NCBI GenBank assembly: GCA_964559415.1
Contig: CAZLIG010000002.1
Coordinates: forward strand, 1-35,853
DNA from: an uncultured Rhodospirillaceae bacterium
GTDB lineage: Bacteria > Pseudomonadota > Alphaproteobacteria > UBA9219
Direction of reading: 5' to 3'
DNA: 35,853 bases
Shown here: positions 7,891-17,087 of the stretch, piece by piece
Numbering within the stretch: the stretch's first letter is position 1
How the letters are laid out: each line of letters begins with the position of its first letter
Program-made: the position numbers and the translations under genes
The notes under the pieces: generated by a model
The model's database searches: none
Told to the model about the DNA's origin: nothing
What the model saw: only the letters and a program-made list of their open reading frames with translations

Positions 7891-9291
7891 ATGGGCAACG
7901 TTTTAAAGGTTTTTGAGAATTTGTCTTCGGGAACGGAAGGCGAAGCGATCCGGCATTTTATCGACGCTTGCCGCGACGCCTTATATAAAGACCCTCAAAA
8001 TGAAACCCTTCTGGATGACACATGGAACATCCTCACGCGCTCAATAGGCTTTGGAGGACGCTGGGCACCCGGCGAAAAAGCACAGAAATACATGGAAGAA
8101 ATGATTTTTCACTTTGGCCCCGAACGCCCGGAGCTTACAAAAACATATGAGAATCTGCTCGTGGAAGCTGCCGAAAGGCGTGCGACGCGAGAGGCGGAAC
8201 ACGAAAAATCTGCAGCCCGCCACGAAAGGATCATAGGCCGCGAAGGCGTCTTGGTAGTGGAACGATCCGAAAGTAAATACCAGGAAATCTTGGAGAGAAT
8301 CGAAAGTAAAACAAAAACTACTCTGCAAAAAGCGACTGAAACCGCCAAAGAAGAAGCTTCCGAAAAAAAGATCGTCGCCTCTTACCTCCGCGATTACCTT
8401 TGGAACGGCTCAAAAGCTGTAAACAAGATAATTGACAGCACTTTTTCAGACCTGGACGCTGCCACAAGAAGCACCTCAGGCACCGACGATCTGGTTGAAA
8501 CGACGCTTTTCAAACGTGTCGCCCAGCAAAAGATGGCGGCAATGCTCGTCATCGGTACAATGGCCGAAGCATCCGGACCTCAAGAAAGAGTCTGGGCATG
8601 CTCGATATCGAGATTAATAGCCCATACCTCAAAGGACTATTTAATCTCCGGTATAACCCCCAAAATCATCGAAAATATGAGCTCTCTTGTGGTAGAGGAT
8701 TGGCCCGGAGCACCCGACTATATTCTTGACACACTTTTTACCCGTGCCCCGGAATTGAAGCATCTGATGGCCTCGGAAGAAAAAGCCCTCGAGCAAGCCG
8801 GAAAAAGCGCAAGAAGGCGGTTTGCCTCGAAAAATGGCGCAGCCGCTGATTATTCAAAAAAAATAGAATTCCCGCCAAGGATTAAGCTTCAGCGCCCTGA
8901 TCCTCCGTTACACCTATCATCGACCGCCCGTGCCAGCACCTCGAACTGTTCAACCGACAAATTTTCCGCCCTCTCCGTCGGCTCAATCCCTGCACGTATT
9001 AACAAAGCCTCGCCACCCAGCGCCTTAAGGCTCGACCGCAGCATCTTGCGCCGCTGCCCGAATGCCGCCGCCGTAACCTTTTCAAGCACGGAAAGAGGAA
9101 TATCCGCAGGACGGCCCGCCCGTGGCACGAACCTCACAACCGCACTATCAACCTTGGGCGGCGGCGTAAACACTGACGCCGGAACCTCAAGCACGCGCTC
9201 CGCATCGCTGCAAAACTGCGAGATAACGGAAAGCCGCCCATACGCCTTGCTCCCCGGCGCTGCGCAAATGCGGTCGACGACTTCGGCCTGA
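7891..9291 (+). CDS. Orphan hypothetical protein. It is A/T-richer than its flanks, and the frame stays open about 400 nt antisense into rsmA.
   Basis: ATG at 7891 with no in-frame stop until 9289-9291. Residues 1 to about 330 look protein-like (charged and helical, e.g. EAAERRATREAEHEKSAARHERI). The last ~135 aa are Ser/Thr/Ala/Arg-rich, like antisense read-through of rsmA. Confidence 0.45.
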   Translation: MGNVLKVFENLSSGTEGEAIRHFIDACRDALYKDPQNETLLDDTWNILTRSIGFGGRWAPGEKAQKYMEEMIFHFGPERPELTKTYENLLVEAAERRATREAEHEKSAARHERIIGREGVLVVERSESKYQEILERIESKTKTTLQKATETAKEEASEKKIVASYLRDYLWNGSKAVNKIIDSTFSDLDAATRSTSGTDDLVETTLFKRVAQQKMAAMLVIGTMAEASGPQERVWACSISRLIAHTSKDYLISGITPKIIENMSSLVVEDWPGAPDYILDTLFTRAPELKHLMASEEKALEQAGKSARRRFASKNGAAADYSKKIEFPPRIKLQRPDPPLHLSSTARASTSNCSTDKFSALSVGSIPARINKASPPSALRLDRSILRRCPNAAAVTFSSTERGISAGRPARGTNLTTALSTLGGGVNTDAGTSSTRSASLQNCEITESRPYALLPGAAQMRSTTSA

Positions 9292-9737
9292 AACATAAGC
9301 GTAAGGCTTCTAAAGTGCTCGATCTGCCGAAGCCACCCAAGAAGCAGCTCCGTCCCGATGTTGTAGGGAAGATTCGAAACCACAGCCCTCGGCGAAGGCG
9401 CAAGCGCAACAAGATCTGTTTTCAGCGCATCCCCTTCCAAAAGCTCAACCTTGCCGCCCGAGGCAGAAACAACCTCCTGAAGCGCCGGAACGAATCTCGA
9501 ATCTTTTTCCAAAGCGATAATCTTCGCCGCCCCGGTCTCCGCCAGCGCGCGCGTCAATCCCCCCGGCCCCGGCCCGATCTCAAAAACCGTACACCCGGAA
9601 AGATCGCCCGCCGCCTCCGCAATACGGCGCGTCAGGTTCAAATCGCATAGAAAATGCTGCCCCAAAGCCTTCCTGGCGCGCAAGTCGTACCGCGCAATAA
9701 CCTCGCGCAAGGGGGGAAGAAGGTTTAATGTCATCAT
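8889..9737 (-). CDS. rsmA: 16S rRNA (adenine1518/1519-N6)-dimethyltransferase
   Basis: LGQHFL, VFEIGPGPGGLT (SAM motif I), VVSNLPYNIGT, and RRKMLRSSL near the C-terminus. Confidence 0.92.
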   Translation of the reverse strand: MMTLNLLPPLREVIARYDLRARKALGQHFLCDLNLTRRIAEAAGDLSGCTVFEIGPGPGGLTRALAETGAAKIIALEKDSRFVPALQEVVSASGGKVELLEGDALKTDLVALAPSPRAVVSNLPYNIGTELLLGWLRQIEHFRSLTLMFQAEVVDRICAAPGSKAYGRLSVISQFCSDAERVLEVPASVFTPPPKVDSAVVRFVPRAGRPADIPLSVLEKVTAAAFGQRRKMLRSSLKALGGEALLIRAGIEPTERAENLSVEQFEVLARAVDDRCNGGSGR

Positions 9738-9757
9738 AGCCTAAAGACCAATACCTC

Positions 9758-9786
9758 TTGATTTGAGGGGCATAGTATCGTGTAAT
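9758..9786 (+). promoter_or_regulatory. Candidate sigma70-type promoter for the 9816 ORF
   Basis: TTGATT, a 17-nt spacer, then TGTAAT, about 30 nt upstream of the ATG at 9816, in the 78-nt divergent spacer shared with rsmA. Confidence 0.3.
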
Positions 9787-9815
9787 TTCGCAAACGTAAT
9801 CGCCTTTTTCGAGCC

Positions 9816-10274
9816 ATGCCCCTCACAAGCAACCGATCCGCGTCCCATTTCTGGATCATTCTCCCCGTCGTGCTGATCATTCTGGGGGCCGTGACGATGG
9901 CGGCCACGTCCGTCAAAGAGAATATGCGCTTCTCCGAAGCCACCTCGCAAATCTTGACGATGGATAGAACCGTGCAGGTTCAAATCACCAGAACCAATCC
10001 TTGGGGCCACACGGTCTCGGGCACGCCGGGCCAAACTGGGGTGTTTCGGATCGAAAGCGTATTTCCCGCGCACGTCTGCCGCCGCATCGCCCTCTATGTG
10101 ATGGAGACCAATCCCAATGAGACCGGGCTTATAAGCATCGAGGCCCTGCCCGACAGTGCGCCGGCATGGAACAGGGTCTATCCCCCGCCCTCGCCTGAAA
10201 TCGAAGAACTCGTTCATAGCGCGTGTGGCGATATGCCGCTCGCGCGCTTGGGCGTTACTTTCCGCGTCCGGTGA
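9816..10274 (+). CDS. Small N-terminally membrane-anchored hypothetical protein with two Cys
   Basis: One TM segment (HFWIILPVVLIILGAVTMAATS), then about 115 aa with Cys in AHVCRR and HSACGD. The competing minus-strand ORF 9741..10217 is Arg/Gly-rich shadow. The 3' end overlaps the dsbD 3' end by 61 nt. Confidence 0.4.
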   Translation: MPLTSNRSASHFWIILPVVLIILGAVTMAATSVKENMRFSEATSQILTMDRTVQVQITRTNPWGHTVSGTPGQTGVFRIESVFPAHVCRRIALYVMETNPNETGLISIEALPDSAPAWNRVYPPPSPEIEELVHSACGDMPLARLGVTFRVR

Positions 10275-12382
10275 CCGCTGTTCCTCGGCTTTGAAGCCTT
10301 GGTGATGGCCTCCATCACCGTCGAAGGCGCAAGAAGCTCAGGCAACACGATGCCGTCCGGCGCGCCCGGCCCATAGACCACATCGAACGGAATGCCGTAG
10401 CGCCCATATTTCTGAAGCAGCTCCGTGACAACCGGATCGGGATTTGTCCAGTTGGCCTGCATCGCCACGACATCGCTGTGAAAAAGCCGCTGAACGACTT
10501 CGTCGTTACGCATAATAACGAGCTTGTTAGCCTTGCAGGTCAGGCACCAGTCGGCGGTCACGTCAAGAAAAACCGTCTTCCCCTCGTCAATATCGGCCCG
10601 AAGCGTGGCCGGATTATAAGCAACCCACCGATGATCGGTCTCCGCCGCCTGCGCCAAAGGCGTCCTGTCCATCAGAACAACCGCAGCCGCGCCGCCGCAG
10701 ATAAGAACGATTCCGGCACCAGCTACCACCGAAGGAATTCTCTTGTGGATCGCAAGAAAAAGCGTCAACGCGCCCATCATCGCCATGAAGATAAGCGCCT
10801 GCTGGTCGCCAAGCTGCGCCGACATGATCCACACAAGCCATCCGGCCGTCAGCGCAAGCACAAATCCGAGAAGCTGGCGCAAACGGACCATCCACGGCCC
10901 CGGCTTGGGCAACGCAGTTGCAGCACCCGGATAAGCGGCGACAAGCAGATAAGGAATCGCCATCCCCACTCCAAGCGCAGTAAACGTCCCGAAAATCTCC
11001 GTCGACCCTGCAGCAAGCGCAAACCCCACCGCCGTCCCAAGAAACGGCGCAGAGCATGGCGTCGCCAAAAGCGTCGCGAAAGCCCCTGTAGCAAAGTCCC
11101 CCGCAAGCCTCGACTTGGGCGTGGAGGTCATCTTGTCCGCCACAAACCCCGGAAGCGAAATCTCGAAAAATCCCCAAAGGTTCGACGCGAAGAAAACAAG
11201 AAGCACCACAAGAACCATAAGAAACTCCGGCTGCTGGAACTGCACCCCCCAGCCAAGCCTCATCTCAAGCCTCTTGAGCACAACCATGACCGACGCAAGA
11301 ACAAGGAACGAAAAAACAATTCCTGCGGCAGTCACAAAAAAGCTCTTTCGTACAGCCGGTTTATCCCCGCCCCCATGACGAAGAACGCCGACGATCTTGA
11401 GCGACAGAACAGGCAAAACGCACGGCATCAGATTGAGAATGAATCCCCCAAGCAACGCCAAAAGAAGCACCGTCGTGAACGACGGCTTCACGGGCATAAA
11501 CCCCTGCGGCGGCGCGATAATGGAATTCCCCGATGTGCTGATCTCGGTCGCCTTGTCGCCGTTGATAATGGTCAGCCGAAGCGGAAGCGTGGAAAGCGTA
11601 ACGCCCTCCGGAATAACATCGACAGGCTTGACCTTCAGCTCCGCCGAAAACCCATCGCTCTCGACCTTGACCTCGGGCGCGCTAAAACCGACGTTATTGT
11701 CGGACTCGATAAAAATGTCCGGATGCTGAATCCGATCGCGCGCCTCGATAAGAAACCGCAAGCTTTGCTCATCGGTAGAAACGTTCTTCAGAAGAATTCC
11801 AGATTCATTCGGATCGGTCGGCAACTGCTCGCGCGCGGAACGCAGCAAAAGCGCCTCGCCTCCCTCAACCGAAGGCCCCTCTGGAACGGAAAGCGAAAGA
11901 TCGAAATGCGCCGGAAGGCAAACCGACAGGCAAAGCAGAAGATCGGCGCTGACGTTGGCATTCAGCAGCTTGCCCTTCCGCCGAACAACCGCATCGACGG
12001 GAAAAACAACGCTGTCGCTATAGCCTACGGTCTCAAGCCCATAAACGGTGCTCCTGCGCGGCGCCGGATAATGCAGATTAGCCGCGCTCAGGTTGTTCGC
12101 ATCGGTCAGGCTGCCGCTCCAATCCAGCTGAGGCGGCAATCCTGCCTGCCCCGGCGAACGCCAATAGGTGTGCCAGCCCTTGGCAAGCTTGATTTCGAGC
12201 CCGAGCGGGATGATCTCCTCCTCGCCCACGCCCTCGACCCCGGAGATAAGGCGAGCAGAAGCGGCCTTGTCTTCCTTCCAATCCCCTGCAAGCGCAAAGG
12301 CTTTTGCCGGAAGAAAGAGAAGGGTTAAAAGGAAGATTATTCGGATGATTGACCTTTGGGAAAAGGTGCAGCGCAAAATCAT
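10214..12382 (-). CDS. dsbD: Thiol:disulfide interchange protein of the DsbD/ScsB type
   Basis: Signal peptide, then an N-terminal domain with LLCLSVCLP. The TM core carries NLMPCVLPV and LLATPCSAPFLG. The C-terminal thioredoxin domain has DWCLTCK. Confidence 0.85.
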   Translation of the reverse strand: MILRCTFSQRSIIRIIFLLTLLFLPAKAFALAGDWKEDKAASARLISGVEGVGEEEIIPLGLEIKLAKGWHTYWRSPGQAGLPPQLDWSGSLTDANNLSAANLHYPAPRRSTVYGLETVGYSDSVVFPVDAVVRRKGKLLNANVSADLLLCLSVCLPAHFDLSLSVPEGPSVEGGEALLLRSAREQLPTDPNESGILLKNVSTDEQSLRFLIEARDRIQHPDIFIESDNNVGFSAPEVKVESDGFSAELKVKPVDVIPEGVTLSTLPLRLTIINGDKATEISTSGNSIIAPPQGFMPVKPSFTTVLLLALLGGFILNLMPCVLPVLSLKIVGVLRHGGGDKPAVRKSFFVTAAGIVFSFLVLASVMVVLKRLEMRLGWGVQFQQPEFLMVLVVLLVFFASNLWGFFEISLPGFVADKMTSTPKSRLAGDFATGAFATLLATPCSAPFLGTAVGFALAAGSTEIFGTFTALGVGMAIPYLLVAAYPGAATALPKPGPWMVRLRQLLGFVLALTAGWLVWIMSAQLGDQQALIFMAMMGALTLFLAIHKRIPSVVAGAGIVLICGGAAAVVLMDRTPLAQAAETDHRWVAYNPATLRADIDEGKTVFLDVTADWCLTCKANKLVIMRNDEVVQRLFHSDVVAMQANWTNPDPVVTELLQKYGRYGIPFDVVYGPGAPDGIVLPELLAPSTVMEAITKASKPRNSGHRTRKVTPKRASGISPHAL

Positions 12383-12475
12383 GTCTTTTCCTTAGCTCGT
12401 GAGACAGTAAATTTAGCTACCAAAGAATCGCAAGTTAGAGGACAATACGCAAGTGCGGAACTCACCGAAGGCGCC

Positions 12476-13099
12476 ATGAAGCAACTCTTTTCGAATATGC
12501 CGAAAATCGGCAAGCAAGGCCAGAAAGCGACGCCGCCTGTATCGCCGGGCTGGCTAACGGGAAAAATGCTGGTCGCAATGCCGGGAATGCCCGACCCGCG
12601 CTTTGCGCGCTCGGTGATCTACGTCTGTTCGCACAGCCCAAGCGGAGCGATGGGGCTGGTCATCAACCGCATCTTTGGCGATGCCGATTTTCCGATGCTC
12701 CTCGAACAGCTTAACATCCCGACTTCTTTCTATACGCCTGAAATCGCGGTGCAATACGGCGGCCCCGTCGAAATGGGCAGAGGCTTTGTTCTGCACACGA
12801 GCGAATACCTGCGCGAAGAAACCACCCGCATCGACGACACGGTAGCGATCACCGCCACGGTCCAGATCATTGAAGACATCGCCAGCGGCAAAGGCCCCGC
12901 CCGCGCCATGATGGTGCTGGGCTACGCAGGCTGGAGCGAAGGCCAACTCGAAGAAGAGCTAAAGAACAACGGCTGGCTGACCACCGATCTCGACGAGGAC
13001 ATCCTTTTCGATTCAAACCTCGACTCGAAGTGGGACCGCGCCATGGCCAAAATCGGCGTCATCCCCGCCATGCTCTCCAACACTCAGGGCAGCGCCTAA
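12476..13099 (+). CDS. yqgE: YqgE/AlgH family (UPF0301) protein
   Basis: GKMLVAMPGMPDPRFARSVIYVCSHSPSGAMGLVINR and GYAGWSEGQLEEELKNNGWL motifs. Start reset to the ATG at 12476. Confidence 0.88.
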   Translation: MKQLFSNMPKIGKQGQKATPPVSPGWLTGKMLVAMPGMPDPRFARSVIYVCSHSPSGAMGLVINRIFGDADFPMLLEQLNIPTSFYTPEIAVQYGGPVEMGRGFVLHTSEYLREETTRIDDTVAITATVQIIEDIASGKGPARAMMVLGYAGWSEGQLEEELKNNGWLTTDLDEDILFDSNLDSKWDRAMAKIGVIPAMLSNTQGSA

Positions 13100-13314
13100 A
13101 GACTACCGCCCACAAGTCTAAAAAAGTTTTCACTCACTTCATCGCCAAAACATCAGCCATATGTTTTTTGCGCAAGCGATTAAATCTCATCGTTTCGGCA
13201 AGATCGCGATAGGCTATCAACAAACAAGTGAGTGAGCCTCCGCCAAATCTGGGCTTTTTAACCCTGTTTTTTGTGCTAGAGTATTAACCCTACTTTCCAC
13301 CGCCTAGCCGAACC

Positions 13315-14259
13315 ATGAACGCAGCAACCGCCCTCAAAGCGCGACGCACCTTCGCCGTCATCCGTCAGCACATCGTTGGCATCGCCAAGGATTTCTGGAA
13401 GGACGGAGACTGGAAGCCCTTCCAAGCGAGCAATGAGCGAAGACCCGGCCTTGCGGAAAACGCCCCCGGCCCCCTTGAAAACCAAAGCTTTTCTCCAAGC
13501 GCCCCGTTGTACTGGCACGCCGCTCCCGGCGAGATTTCCGAAAAGATGTGGGGCGAAGAGGCGGTAACCCCCGCCGACAAGGAAGTCGGCGACCTGCTCA
13601 TCAAGCCCTTAAATCTCGCCAAGGACATGAGCGTCTTGGATCTCGCCGCCGGCCTTGGCGCACGGATGCGCCGCACCACAGACCAGTTCGGTGTTTACAT
13701 CACGGGCCGCGAGCCGGACCCCGAAATAGCAGCGCGCGGCATGGCCTTATCCGTTGCAGTGGGAAAAGGCAAAAAAGACATCATCACCGCTTACGACCCG
13801 ATGAACTTCGTCGAAATGCACAAATACGACTGCATCATCGCGCGCGAGACGTTTTACCGCGTTGCCGACAAGAAAAAGTTCATCGCCTCGATTGTCGGCT
13901 GCTGCAAATCCGGCGCGCAGGTATCGTTCACCGATTATATCGTAAACCAGGAAGTCAAAGACCAACCCGCAATCCTGGCATGGCAAGCCTTCGAAGAAGG
14001 TTCCGAACCCACAAGCCTCGTGGAAATGGCCGAACTCTGGGCCAAAAATGGAATTAGCCTCCGCGTTCATGACGACCAGACCGATATGTACATGAAAGCG
14101 GTCAAGGAAGGCCTCATCCGCTTCACGAAATTCCTCACGACCGTCAAGCCTGACGCGCAAACAAAGAAGGCGATTGAGAAGCGCATCAAAACATGGGCGC
14201 ACCGCATGGCCGCGATGGAACAAGGCATGAGATTTTACCGTTTCTACGGGCAAAAGTAA
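13315..14259 (+). CDS. Class I SAM-dependent methyltransferase (substrate unknown)
   Basis: Motif I is VLDLAAGLG, followed by an acidic residue after beta-2 (ITGREPD). The start is uncertain; in-frame alternatives lie downstream. Confidence 0.65.
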   Translation: MNAATALKARRTFAVIRQHIVGIAKDFWKDGDWKPFQASNERRPGLAENAPGPLENQSFSPSAPLYWHAAPGEISEKMWGEEAVTPADKEVGDLLIKPLNLAKDMSVLDLAAGLGARMRRTTDQFGVYITGREPDPEIAARGMALSVAVGKGKKDIITAYDPMNFVEMHKYDCIIARETFYRVADKKKFIASIVGCCKSGAQVSFTDYIVNQEVKDQPAILAWQAFEEGSEPTSLVEMAELWAKNGISLRVHDDQTDMYMKAVKEGLIRFTKFLTTVKPDAQTKKAIEKRIKTWAHRMAAMEQGMRFYRFYGQK

Positions 14260-14404
14260 CATCCGCAAAACACCGCCACGTGTTCTCGCGGCGCAATAAT
14301 AGCCCGCCGCTAAATAAGTTTTTCAAGCACAATTCTTTGTACAAATCCCCGCGCGAATCCTATCGTTTTTGGTACGGGTCACCCTTAACAAAAGGAGGCT
14401 TTCC

Positions 14405-14965
14405 ATGATTAGCGTCGGTCAGACTTTTCCGCCCTTCGAGCTAAAAGCCACCGTTTCCCTCGACATAGAAGAAGCCTTCAACGACATCTCTCGCGACACC
14501 TACGAAGGCGAATGGCTTGTCGTCTTCTCATGGCCCAAGGATTTCACGTTTGTCTGCCCCACCGAAATCGCCGAGTTCGGCAAAATGAGCGGCGAATTCG
14601 AAAAGCGCGGCACGAAAATCATTGGCTTCAGCACCGACAGCGAATTCGTTCACCTCGCATGGCGTCAGCACAATCCGTTGCTCAAAAACCTTCCATTCCC
14701 GATGATGTCCGACATCAAGCGCGAGCTGAGCACCGCCCTAGGCATCCTCGATCCGCAGGAAGGCGTAGCGCAGCGAGCCACGTTCATCGTCGACCCAACC
14801 AACGTCGTCCGCTTCGTCATGGTGACGGACCTCAACGTAGGTCGAAACGTCAAGGAAGTCCTGCGTGTCCTCGACGCCCTCCAAACGGACGAACTCACCC
14901 CCTGCGAATGGCAGCCCGGAGAGGCCACGATAGACCTAAAAAAAGCCGTGCAGCCCGAAGGCTAG
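14405..14965 (+). CDS. ahpC: Typical 2-Cys peroxiredoxin (AhpC/Prx1 type)
   Basis: WLVVFSWPKDFTFVCPTEI, with a resolving Cys in LTPCEW. An AAGGAGG RBS precedes the ATG at 14405. Confidence 0.88.
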   Translation: MISVGQTFPPFELKATVSLDIEEAFNDISRDTYEGEWLVVFSWPKDFTFVCPTEIAEFGKMSGEFEKRGTKIIGFSTDSEFVHLAWRQHNPLLKNLPFPMMSDIKRELSTALGILDPQEGVAQRATFIVDPTNVVRFVMVTDLNVGRNVKEVLRVLDALQTDELTPCEWQPGEATIDLKKAVQPEG

Positions 14966-14983
14966 GCAACAAATCGTCCTCGA

Positions 14984-15008
14984 CCTTCTCCCCCACCGGG
15001 GGAGAAGG
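14984..15008 (+). terminator. Perfect GC-rich hairpin after the peroxiredoxin gene (probable terminator or REP-like element)
   Basis: CCTTCTCCCCC-acc-GGGGGAGAAGG about 19 nt after the stop, followed by TTAGGACTTTT. Confidence 0.5.
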
Positions 15009-15072
15009 TTAGGACTTTTCCCAGTAAGCGATAAGCGCCCAACGACAGAATGATCCGCTCAAATGGAATAAT

Positions 15073-15115
15073 CGTCATCCCCGCGACGGCGGGGATCCCA
15101 TTTGTTTCTTAACAA
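15073..15115 (+). repeat. Palindromic intergenic repeat, copy C
   Basis: CGTCATCCCCGCGACGGCGGGGATCCCATTTGTTTCTTAACAA. Confidence 0.85.
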
Positions 15116-15268
15116 AGAAAGCCGTTAGTTCCGCTGAGCCACGATTTGGCCCTAACCGGATTTGCTTTAATGCACATCGACTATTTACCGCTCCCCAATG
15201 CATTGTTTGCACCCATCGTCAAAAAAGCTTATAGCTAGCCCCTTTCTGATCAATATAGGCTCTGGAAT

Positions 15269-16948
15269 ATGAAGGTAATGCATAATCCCGTGCATCGTCC
15301 CCCCGACGATGCGTTATGGTTTCTGCCCCTCGGCGGCGCGGGCGAAATCGGCATGAATTTTGGCCTTTACGGCACGTGCGGAAAATGGCTGATCGTCGAT
15401 TGCGGCATCACGTTCGGGGACGAAACCACCCCCGGCATCGAACTCATCACGCCCGATATCTCCTTCATCGCCGAACGCCAAAAAGACCTGCTCGGCATCG
15501 TCATCACGCACGGCCACGAAGACCACATCGGCGCAATAGGATATCTGTGGCCCCAATTGCAGTGCCCCATCTTCGCAACGAAATTCACTGCCGGATTGAT
15601 CCGCAACAAGCTTGCCTATGCCGAGCTGGAATACACCGCAAAAATCCACGAAATCCCCCCCGGGGGTCTTTTCGAGATCGGCCCTTTCAAAGGGGAATTT
15701 GTCCCCATCACGCACTCGATCCCCGAATCCCAAATGCTCGCCCTGCACACGAAGCACGGCTCGATCCTGCACACGGGCGACTGGAAACTCGATCCCGACC
15801 CGATCATCGGCTCTCTAAGCAACGCCGAACGCCTGAAGCAAATCGGCGACGAAGGCCTGCTCGCCCTCATCGGAGACTCCACAAACGCGCTTGTGCCGGG
15901 CCATTCCGGCTCTGAACGCGAAGTCCAAAACGAATTCAACCGCCTGTTTCCGACAATCAAGAAACGCATCATCGTCACCTGTTTCGCAAGCAACGTCTCG
16001 CGCCTCAAATCCATCGCAGAAGCCGCGAAACGCAGCGGACGATATGTCACGCTGGTGGGCCGGTCGCTCTGGCGCACGGCGGAAGTCGCGAACGAATGCG
16101 GCTATCTGCCAGAATTCGACGAGTTTCTGAGCGAGAACGAAGCAATGCTGTCGCCGCGCGACAAGATCGTGATCGTATCCACCGGTTGTCAGGGCGAAGC
16201 GCGTGCCGCCCTCTGCCGCATCGCGGTCGACGACCACCCCGAAATCGAGATCGAAGCCGGAGACACGGTGATTTTCTCCTCCCGGGACATCCCCGGAAAC
16301 GAAAAAGATATCGCGCGCGTCCAAAACAACCTGATCGCCAAAGGCCTGAACGTCATCACGCCCAAGGAGCGCCCGGTCCACGTCTCTGGCCACTCAGCAC
16401 AGGACGAATTGGCTCTGCTCTACGCATGGACGAAACCGAAACTCTCCATTCCCGTTCATGGCGAAACGCGCCACCAAACCGAGCACGCGCGCCTCGCAAA
16501 GGAAAGCGGCGTCCCGCAAGTCCTGATTCCGACAAACGGCCAGATCGTGCGCCTCGGCCCCGGAGTCCACGAAGTCGTGGCCGAAGTTCCCGCAGGCCGC
16601 TGGGGCCTTGACGGAAAAGTCCTGCGCCGCCTCGATGCGGGCATCTCAAAAGACCGCAAAAAGATGAGCATGAACGGCGCCGCTGTTGTCACGCTCGTCA
16701 TGGACGCCAAAGGAAAGATGAAGCAAGACCCTCGAGTAACGCTCATCGGCCTCATCGCCGACGAAACCGACACCACGCTTCAGGAGAACCTTGCGGCATT
16801 GATTTTAGACACCGTCGAAGAAATGCCGAAATCCACCCGCATCGACGACGCCGCCGTCAGCCACGCCGTCAAACTGGCCGTCCGCCGCCGCGTCAACGAA
16901 ATCCACGGCAAAAAACCGGTCACGGATGTCCATGTGGTAAGGATTTAA
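15269..16948 (+). CDS. rnj: Ribonuclease J
   Basis: Metallo-beta-lactamase HxHxDH motif (ITHGHEDHIGA), a beta-CASP region (GDWKLD, GDSTNA) and the VHVSGH motif. The length of 559 aa is typical. Confidence 0.9.
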   Translation: MKVMHNPVHRPPDDALWFLPLGGAGEIGMNFGLYGTCGKWLIVDCGITFGDETTPGIELITPDISFIAERQKDLLGIVITHGHEDHIGAIGYLWPQLQCPIFATKFTAGLIRNKLAYAELEYTAKIHEIPPGGLFEIGPFKGEFVPITHSIPESQMLALHTKHGSILHTGDWKLDPDPIIGSLSNAERLKQIGDEGLLALIGDSTNALVPGHSGSEREVQNEFNRLFPTIKKRIIVTCFASNVSRLKSIAEAAKRSGRYVTLVGRSLWRTAEVANECGYLPEFDEFLSENEAMLSPRDKIVIVSTGCQGEARAALCRIAVDDHPEIEIEAGDTVIFSSRDIPGNEKDIARVQNNLIAKGLNVITPKERPVHVSGHSAQDELALLYAWTKPKLSIPVHGETRHQTEHARLAKESGVPQVLIPTNGQIVRLGPGVHEVVAEVPAGRWGLDGKVLRRLDAGISKDRKKMSMNGAAVVTLVMDAKGKMKQDPRVTLIGLIADETDTTLQENLAALILDTVEEMPKSTRIDDAAVSHAVKLAVRRRVNEIHGKKPVTDVHVVRI

Positions 16949-16962
16949 GACTCGCGTAAACC

Positions 16963-17044
16963 TTAGATGCCATTAGCAAAGGAGAAGATTGCGGCGAAAA
17001 GCATGATTTGCAGCCCAATAAACCCCTTTGCTAACGGCATCTAA
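16963..17044. repeat. 20-bp inverted repeat (1 mismatch) enclosing a 42-nt loop
   Basis: TTAGATGCCATTAGCAAAGG at 16963-16982 pairs with CCTTTGCTAACGGCATCTAA at 17025-17044. It lies directly after the rnj stop. Confidence 0.6.
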
Positions 17045-17051
17045 ACAGAAA

Positions 17052-17087
17052 GGCCGACGCCCGGGAAGGGCTTCCCCGGCATCGGCC
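17052..17087. terminator. GC-rich hairpin between convergent rnj and sciP (possible bidirectional terminator)
   Basis: GGCCGACGCCCGGGAAG-gg-CTTCCCCGGCATCGGCC, a 17-bp stem with 2 mismatches. Confidence 0.45.

Noticed and set aside
7891-7911. The N-terminal MGNVLK of the orphan protein as a eukaryotic N-myristoylation signal, which would mark it as an effector.
   Set aside because: Gly2 is present, but the position that should be Ser, Thr, Ala, Cys or Asn is Lys. The motif is too short and imperfect to support the claim.
9741-10217. A 158-aa minus-strand ORF upstream of rsmA.
   Set aside because: It has Arg/Gly/Asp-rich shadow composition. The + strand ORF has a TM helix and a promoter-like site and is the better model.
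9816-10274. The small TM-anchored two-Cys protein as the missing type IV prepilin.
   Set aside because: There is no Gly immediately before the hydrophobic helix and no Glu at +5, so it lacks a class III signal peptide. It is retained only as a hypothetical protein.
10478-12328. A 616-aa ORF on the + strand, antisense to dsbD.
   Set aside because: Its Arg/Lys/Pro-rich composition has no domain logic, while the opposite strand encodes a complete DsbD/ScsB with all catalytic cysteines.
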